This document shows positions 56,201-64,000 of a DNA stretch of 64,000 nucleotides, in pieces. A program made the translations under genes and the position numbers. The stretch is from Heteronotia binoei (taxonomy: Eukaryota), in contig NC_083233.1 of NCBI RefSeq assembly GCF_032191835.1, positions 51,336,001-51,400,000 of the forward strand, read 5' to 3'. The notes under the pieces were generated by a model. That model was not told the origin of the DNA. It saw only the letters and a program-made list of their open reading frames with translations, and did not search any database. Position 1 is the stretch's first letter. Every line of letters begins with the position of its first letter.

Positions 56201-59200
56201 GAGGAGAGGCACCAGATGCTGTACTGAACATTTGGTGCCTCTATCTCAAAAAACAGCACCCCCTCCCGAGCCCCAGGTATCCGCGGATTGATTCTCCATT
56301 ATATCCTATGGGAAGCATTATCCATAGAGTACAATAGAGTACCAAGCAGACATTTCCTTCCCCACCCCTGCTTTTTGATGACTCTGAAGTAGGGGGAGAA
56401 CCTCTAAACAAGGGCATCCCCTGCCCCCAATTTGGGATTGGTAATCCTAAATACTGAATATCTAAAAACATGCGATGAATATTTGATATTTGTCAACAAT
56501 TTGATATCTGAAGATTTCACTGCAGGGCATGGTTAGTAGTTGGCTATATTTTACATGTTCTGATATTGTTTTGAAAAAATATAGGCAATTTTAACTATTG
56601 ATCAAGCAAAATATCTGAATTCTTGATTTTGATGTCCAGTTTCAATTCTGGAATTGCTGGCATAGAGTATTAGACAATAATCTGAGAGACACAGGTTTGA
56701 ATCCCAACTGTGGAGGTAGGTTACCAACCTCCCAGTGGGGCCTGGAGTTCTACTGAAATTGAGGCTGATCTCTGTAATAGAGATTATTTCCTTTTGAGGA
56801 AATAGCAGCTTCAGAGTACAGGCTCTGTGGCATTACAGCCCCACTCTGCTCCCTCCCCAAGAACTTCCCCCAGAACTTCAGGAATTTTCCATGCCAGAGC
56901 TGACAGCCCTAGTATCTGCCATGGAAGCTCATTGGCCATCCATGGTCTAATCACTCTCTCTCAGCCTAATCTACCTCATAGGGTTGTTGTTTGTGTGATA
57001 AAATAGAAGGGGCTTGTAAGCCACTGTTGGTCTCCATTGGGGAGGAAATGGGTGCATAAATACATAAATAAATCCATATTTTTTAGGTTAAAATTTAAGT
57101 TGTTAAATGTGAAAATTCATCCATTGCATTTCAAGCTCTACTGTGGACATGACCATCATCATTTCAATATTCTTGTTCACAACTGAGGAGAGGAATGAAA
57201 ACAAGCTAGTCCACATTGCATTTGGTGGGTTGCCTGTGCACCCTGCCTTCTTTTCTAGAGGGGTGAGAGAAAAGAATTTCCCCCTTCCAAAGCCTCAGCA
57301 GAGTGTCCAGTGAGCTGCCTCACTCCCCTCCCCCCAAACTCCACCCAGTCCCCTCTCAACATCCATTTTCAGAAGCCAGTCCCCAACTCACCTGCAAGCA
57401 GCCAGACAGAGAAGCGCAGCCAAGTCATGTAGTTGAGTTTCAGCATGAGGTAGATGTTAAGGAGGATGCTGAGGGCTGGAGTCAGTGGTACCAGGGGGAG
57501 CTAAAAAGGAAAGGAGACCAAGATGAGATGGACAGGCTGCAACAATTCAGGGGCTTTTCAACAGGGTTTGGCTGAAAGAAGATAGAGGCCCCCGATTATT
57601 CTGAATACCTTCTCTGGAAATGCAACATTAACATTTCCCCCAGCAGAGTGGTTTTTGATGTCTGAGGGCTACTCCCCACTGCAATAGGAAACATATCTCA
57701 TTTGCTGAAGGAAAAACCTTGACAGCTGGAACACAACCAGTGAAGAAAGAAGTCAGTGGCAAGGAGTTAGTGAGGGGGCAGGCTTTCTAAGGTCATGCTA
57801 TTTCTTTCAAGGGAACTGATGCTGCTCTGCAGACTCCAAAACTAGCATCTAATTCACTGCTTACTTACTAATGAACATGGAGGCCTACTATTTCCCATGA
57901 TCAAGTTCTAGCAAAATCATGGCGTGAGACTCTGCACTCAAACAGAGCTTGTGGGAAAGCTGTCCTGTGTCTGCCTCACCAGAAACAGACTTCATGACAA
58001 AAACACATATTTCCTACAGTGGTAGCTTGAATTTGCTGCCTCAATAGGAAAAGAGAATGGAAAGGGTGGGGGTGGGGGGAACCGCAGAGTATTTAGGACA
58101 GCAGATATCTTGCAAATCCCTTATTAGGCTTTCTCCCAGTTACCTGGAATGTCTGGCTTTTCTTTTGTTGCTCGTGAACCGCAATGAGAACCAAGCTGAC
58201 GACAAAGGCCAGGCTGAACAGTATGATCAGCAAGCTGTAGCTCCAGGTGGGCAGGTGAAGCTGGTTCTTCCCAAACACCAGGATGGAGCACAAGCAGATA
58301 GCAGACACCATGAGGATGATAACAGCCACTGTGACCACCTCTCCTGGGTAGAAATCACTGAGGAAGTCCAAGTAAGGATCAAAAATGGCCTTAAGCTGTC
58401 CTGGTTCCCGCTGACTTTTAGCCTTTTCCTTGCCTACCAAGTTCAGCTTGTCAGAGAAAGATTCATACTCTTTTGGTTCACTGGCACCAATGGTCTCTGC
58501 AGATGTTGGTGGTGCATTCTCACTTTCTGAAGGTGGGTTTGGTGCTTGGGACTTGGCCCGCTGGAAGCGCAGAACAATGACGCTGGCTGCTACAAAGGTG
58601 TAGGCCAAGAGGGTGCCAATGGACAGGAACTGGACTAGGGCTTCCAAGTCAAAGATGAGGGCCAGCAAAGACATGAGAGTGCCAAACACCACAATGGCCA
58701 CCACAGGAACCTGTGTGTGTGGGTGGACACGTGAGAACACCTGGAAAAAGAGCCCATCCTCTGCCATGGCATAGACAATCCGTGGCAGAGAGAAGAGGTT
58801 GCTGAGGAGAACTGTGTTCATTGCTGGAAAGAAACAGGAGATGCACATGTTTAGAAGGACCACCCACTCACCCTTCCCTCTTCTGAGCTGCCTGAGATGA
58901 AAAGGACAAACTGTACAGTACTGTGACAGAACATAAGGGCTGCATGCTGGATCAGACTACACAGAGAAGTCCTGCACCCTCTCCCTCACGAATGGCTCAT
59001 AACAGCTTGGCCTTGTTCAGTCTTGGTGCTGAACACCCATCCGTTGGCAAGATAACTGTTGGGTCAAAGGCTTTTGTAATGTGTAAACAAAAAGGTGATA
59101 GCCTGTATTCTCTCTACGCTACAATGAGTGAGGAAGAGGAGAGGAAGAACAGCCCACAGCTTGCAGGATGGCAACAAGGGAGGGGAGATTCTGGCCTCCG

Positions 59201-60256
59201 GTGACAGTGCAGGTGATGAGAAGCTAATATAGATTTTGGGAAAGCCCAAGCCCTGGGCCTCAGCCCATACTCACCACAAATGGATCCAGCAGCCACAATG
59301 AAGCCAGCCCAAGAGTAACCCCTTTTGTAAAAGGCATCAGCTAGGGCGGAGTCAGGGTCCAAGGAGTGCCAAGGCACCATCAGTGTCAACACCATGGAAA
59401 CCAAGATGTAGGCCCCTGTGGCAAGGCCCAGTGAGATTGCAATAGCTCTGGGAACAGCTTTCTGAGGGTTCCTGGCCTCCTCGCTGGATGCAGCTATAAC
59501 ATCAAAGCCCACAAAGGCATAAAAACATGTAGCTGTCCCCGCCATGATGCCTGAGATGCCAAAGGGGGCAAATCCCCCTTCCGCTGCCCCCCAGTTTTGG
59601 GGCTTAGCCAGAATGAATCCCATCACAAGGATGAAGAGGATGACTCCCATACTGATAGCAGAGAAGACATGGTTGAGCCAAGATGAGACTCGAGCCCCAA
59701 AGGAGATGAAGGCTGTTGCTATGAGCAGTATGCCTGATGCCAAGAAGTCTGGGTAATGTGCCAGGAATGGGACACTCCAGGTGCCAACATGGGTCTCAGT
59801 GAAATTCTTGATTCTGTGATCAAAGATGGAGTCCAGGTAGCCGCTCCATGCTCTGGCGACAGCTGCCCCACCTATCATGTACTCAAGAATGACATTCCAG
59901 CCAATCAGGAAGGCCCAAATCTCACCCACAGAGATGTATGTGAACATGTATGCAGAGCCAGTCTTGGGTACATGAGCGCCAAACTCTGCATAGCAGAGAG
60001 CAGCGAGCAGTGAGGCAAAGGCAGCAATGATAAAGGAGATAACGATGGCAGGCCCTGCCGTCTCCTTGGCAACAGTACCAGTGAGCACATACAAGCCAGA
60101 GCCCACCATACCCCCAATGCCTAGCAGTGTCAAGTCAAAAGTGGTCAGGCATCGGTTGAAGGCAGTCTCCATCATGTCATCCTCCAGAGTCTTCACTCGA
60201 TTAAGCTTCTGGCAGAAGCGGGTCAGCTCTGCTGAGCGAGGCAGGCGGCTCACCAT
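53094..60256 (-). CDS. SLC7A4: Cationic amino acid transporter 4 (CAT-4), 655 aa; join 59275-60256, 58144-58823, 57392-57500, 53094-53290
   Basis: [80 protein letters not shown] and [15 protein letters not shown] match SLC7A4; GT-AG sites and phases consistent; 1968 nt. Confidence 0.97.
55061..55222. mobile_element. hAT-type MITE
   Basis: TIRs cagggctggc / gccagtcctg; internal gcctagggtgcc repeats; degenerate 8-bp TSD acccagac / acctggac. Confidence 0.7.
55449..55554. mobile_element. Small hAT MITE (same family as 20381-20497)
   Basis: TIRs cagggctttttt / aaaaaagccctg; TSD gtggcagg / gtagcagg. Confidence 0.85.
55689..55827. other. Assembly gap (139 N)
   Basis: Run of N characters in the last intron of SLC7A4. 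Confidence 0.99.
57392..57500 (-). CDS. SLC7A4: SLC7A4 third coding exon
   Basis: [36 protein letters not shown]. Confidence 0.95.
58144..58823 (-). CDS. SLC7A4: SLC7A4 second coding exon
   Basis: AMNTVLLS...KKSQTFQ; gtaact donor. Confidence 0.96.
59275..60256 (-). CDS. SLC7A4: SLC7A4 first coding exon (exon starts at 60358 including 5' UTR)
   Basis: ttgcag acceptor at 60359-60361, aagATGg start, gtgagt donor. Confidence 0.96.
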
Positions 60257-60854
60257 CTTGGTAGGAAGGTGGTGGTGGTGGTGGTGGGGTGGGGTCAGCC
60301 TGTCACCACCAACAGTAGGAAGGCAGAGCACTCTCTCCTTAGTCTTCGGCTTGAAAGTCTGCAAGGAAAAGAATAGTCACATTAATGGTCTACTTGAACT
60401 GATCCAGTTGTACCAGCATATAAACAGTGATTTGGGGCAAAAATACTGGTCAGACACCAATGAAGCAGCAAAGAAATGGAGAGAGGTGACCCTCAGCCTC
60501 CACTGAATACCTGGAAATTCAACCTGTGCTTGAGGGAAATGAACAAAACGTTCTGCTGAAGGTGCCTGTAGAACAGGTTCAGCTAAAAAGTGCTGCTAGC
60601 TGAATAGCTGTCCCTTATTTTATAGGAAGATTTTGTGAGCATGTGCTGTGACACTGGGGTGGGGCAAACGTGGAGGCATTTCTGTTCACTTAAGGTTTCA
60701 CATTTACCAGGAGCTCATGCCAGGACCCTGTTCCAATATCAAGGGTCTGTCTGGGCTTTAGTGCAATCAAGTTAAGGAATGCCTCTGAGTATACACAGAG
60801 AGGATGATTTCACTGGTCCCTCTTCAATCCAAAGCAGTGTTGACGGAAAATGCT

Positions 60855-61015
60855 TGTCAAATCAGTTTAGGGCATGAGAGAAACAGAGGTGGTTTGCCAT
60901 TGCCTTCCCTCTGTTTAGTAACCCTAGACTTCTTTGATAGTCTCCCATTCAAGTACTGACCATAGTCAACCATTCTTAGCTTCTGGGAAATTATGAGATT
61001 GAGCTAGCCTAGAAA
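60855..61015 (-). mobile_element. 5S-derived SINE, degenerate
   Basis: agaggtggtttgccattgccttcc...tagtctcccattcaagtactgac...cttagcttctggga. Confidence 0.65.
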
Positions 61016-61137
61016 TAGGGTGTAGTTTACTTTTTCTTTTTTAAGAGACCAAATAATTCAAATAAGAAAAGTTGGAAAGGAATGGTGGTGCTCACCTGGA
61101 GCTGGGCTCTGGTCTTGGGGAGGGAGAGGATGCCCAC

Positions 61138-61937
61138 TGTCACCTCCCCTCTCTTTTCTTTACCATTACATACACACCTGGAATGAAGGAGAACTCCCAA
61201 GTGTTTCACGGGGCCTAGTCCAAGAAATTTGGCAGTCCAGGAGGGTCTGTACCATGAATATCAGAGGAACCCTATGAGGCAAGCACTCTCATTTTCCTCA
61301 AGGGTTATTGTGATTATTAGAGGGTAGCTCCAGCTTGCAGGTGTTCATGATTTGGGCCTTCTTGCAGATACCATCCTTATCTCTTTCAAGGTGGTAATTG
61401 GGTAACTGTGAGAACTTGTGGTCAGTTGTATATAAGCAGATGGGAGGGGGAATTAGGAGAAGATATTAACATCTCCTGCAAAGTTTTAGCAAGAGAGATT
61501 CCTGATTGGATCCAAGAGACCACCTGGTGCCTGAGGGCAAGAGGCTATAGTAAGGGTGTAGGGCGGCCAAAAGGAAGTCATGCTAACTTTATGCTCATGC
61601 TATAATGAGCATTCTGTAATAGCTTTGATATGTTATGCTGTAACATATAGAATGTTTTTATACTACTGCTTGAATTTTATGCTGCAAGAAGATTTGCCAT
61701 CTAATATCAGGTATTTGATGTATCAGAACAGTTAGCTTCTTTATATTTTCTCTGTTACTAAGCTATAGAAACTGTACTGCATATTGAAATGTTCTTTTTA
61801 AATCCTTTAGTAAACCTTATATATTTTAAAGGCCTGTTTTGCTTGTGTACATTAAATGTGGAGGATCCACAGGGCTGGGTATTGTTCAAGGGACAAGGGG
61901 CAATAACCCAAGGGGACCCAGGGTTGGATTTTTGACA
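61138..61937 (+). mobile_element. Putative solo LTR
   Basis: TGTCA...TGACA termini, TATATAA at 61429-61435, AGTAAA at 61809-61814, 4-bp flanks ccac / gcac (3/4 match). Confidence 0.5.
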
Positions 61938-63289
61938 GCACCTCTCTCCCTATCAGTTCCATAATCACCAGAATCTTTTCCTCCTCCTTAATGCCCCATG
62001 CTCCTTCCAGGAGCTCAGGCGCTTTGAAAGCTAATTCTTGCTACTAGGGCAGGGGTCAGCAACCTATCACAGTTAAAAAACCAGTTTAAGAGCAAAATCC
62101 ACAACAAGAGATCAACAGAAAGCTAGCATAAGAAAGTGTAACTGAAAATATACAACTGAACATTGCTGATAATTGATATGGTGATCCACAAAGTTTCTGC
62201 AGCCCAACTAATGGTTGCTGCAAATTCTTTATTAGGAAAGTGGCACATATGAAGTCTCTCAACAAGCAATAAATATCCACAGGAATACCCTGTGTAATTG
62301 TTTTTGTCCACCTGCATCAATCTGGGCAGGGTTTACTCCTAAATTACTGGCCGCTGTTCACCTCTGTCATTTCCCTGTTTGTAAAGCATCTCTAAGAAGC
62401 AGTTTAGTCCCATAAAAATCTTTGCCTGCCATTTCCTTCACATTCTAGTTATTTTAGCATCTCACCTGCGCAACCCCCCTCCCCCCATATCTTAATTTAA
62501 AGAGCCTGATTTGAGCCACATTTGTCTTCTGATCCATAGGTTGCAGACCTTTGCTACTGGAGAACAGTCTCCCACATATCTTTCAATGCTGGGGAATAAG
62601 AACAGTTGCCTGCATGAGCTTTAGATACCTTTTCTTAGGGTATCATTGCCAGAAGTGCCTTTCCACACTCTGCACCACCCAGTTCTCTCTTCAACAGTTG
62701 TATGCTGTAATAATAAAGTCCTTTTTCAATGGCCTGCTCTATACGTTTAAATTATTTTTTTTAAAGGATTTGTTCAAAACTTTTTACGAAGTATGTTCTG
62801 CTTCACAAGCAGCTTGCCACTACACGGCACCTTGGATTGCAATCTGAAGAACTCTTTCCTGGGAGTAAAGCCTGCTGAATAAAATAGGCTCTACTGCAGA
62901 GTAGACCTCCTTGGGATTTCTCCTGTGTATGCATTAACATACCTAAGTACTAAAGCCAAGCCCACTGCTACCCCTTCTGAAAATTAATTTTTAAAGGCCT
63001 GGGCAAGGGGGAAGGTGAAGCTTGCAGAAGGAGAATTACAAGGCATCACATTGTAAAGATGTCATCCCACCAAGGGAATTGCCCAAGCACCTGTATCAGA
63101 AAAGGCTGCCTCTGAAAATTAATGTCACAAGTAAGATGAGTGAGATCAGCAGCTGCCCATACCCAAGTGTTCCCTGTTGTGCCTCTCATTTTGTGGACTG
63201 GTCTGCCTGCGGAAGTCAGGGAGGCTCCCATACTTCAATAATTCCGCTGAATGTGTAAAACAGAATTGTTCAGGAGAGCATTTTGTTAG

Positions 63290-63600
63290 AGGAATAAGAC
63301 TGTAGTGAAACTGGAATTGTTCAGGAGGATGCTTTTACAAAGAGACAATTACTGTTTATGGCATTGTTTATTGTGCACATTATCTTGTTCTCTATTGTTT
63401 TCAGATTTCTGTAATCCAGGTTTTGCATTTCTTAGATGCCATATACTATTTTATTGCATTGTTTCATGACAGTAGACCTGTTTTATCACACAGTTGTATT
63501 TCTTACACCATCCTCATTGCATGGTTTTAAATGCTATAATTCACCTTAGTCTCAGTGACAAATGTGGACTATAAATAAATGTGAACTATAAATAAATAAA
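63290..63600 (+). mobile_element. Old L2-like LINE 3' end with (TAAA)n tail
   Basis: AT-rich tttattgcattg...ctataaataaatgtgaactataaataaataaa terminus. Confidence 0.5.
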
Positions 63601-64000
63601 ACTCCCCAACTCATCAACATAAATTTCCTGAGGGTAGATGTTTGACCTGCAGACAACTGCAAGGAATCTCACACCAAATCCACAAAACAGACAATTATCC
63701 TGTTTTTAATCTATTTCCTCTCTCTTCTCCCTTCAAAGAGACCCATGAGTCTTTAAAAAATTGGGTCTAGGGAGCATCTGGCAAAACTGAGTGTGGGCTC
63801 CTCAATTTCTGGGTGGAGTGGGAAGAAAAATGACAAAACGACCATGTTAACTAGCTGGGGGTGAGTGCCACTATGTTTGCTGCCTTTGGCATCAAAATAT
63901 ATTGAGCTGGCTTTAGTTCTTTCAGATGGAGGTATTGTGCCTAACAGCAGGGATTATCATGGGGGGGGGGGGGCACACCCTAATAAGAAAAGGGCAATGG

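Noticed and set aside
58057-58530. 157-aa plus-strand ORF and other ORFs antisense to SLC7A4 exons
   Set aside because: Antisense shadows of real coding exons.

Overview
Vertebrate (squamate, most likely gecko, inferred from the Sauria/Squam-type SINEs and gecko-type MITEs) genomic window homologous to the human 22q11.21 AIFM3-P2RX6-SLC7A4 region. Five spliced protein-coding genes were reconstructed by hand with GT-AG boundaries and consistent exon phases: the 3' end of AIFM3 (+, with a 21-nt microexon), a complete TMEM17 paralog (TMEM17B-like, +, 226 aa), complete P2RX6 (-, 12 exons, 378 aa), complete LRRC74B (+, 10 exons, about 431 aa) and the complete CDS of SLC7A4 (-, 4 coding exons, 655 aa). 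P2RX6 and LRRC74B are head-to-head around a small CpG-rich promoter with RFX X-box, CCAAT and ZNF143-type motifs. Introns are dense in CR1, L2 and L1 LINE fragments, tRNA- and 5S-derived SINEs, and hAT or pogo-type non-autonomous DNA transposons. The most unusual structures are two apparently young non-autonomous DNA transposons (hAT, 33017-33912; pogo/Tigger-like, 9486-10038) whose interiors are CpG-island-like, promoter-like sequence, i.e. candidate Pack-TIRs. Most short ORFs in the supplied track are spurious. There is one 139-N assembly gap. All calls are by eye; repeat family names come from recalled consensus features and were not database-checked.
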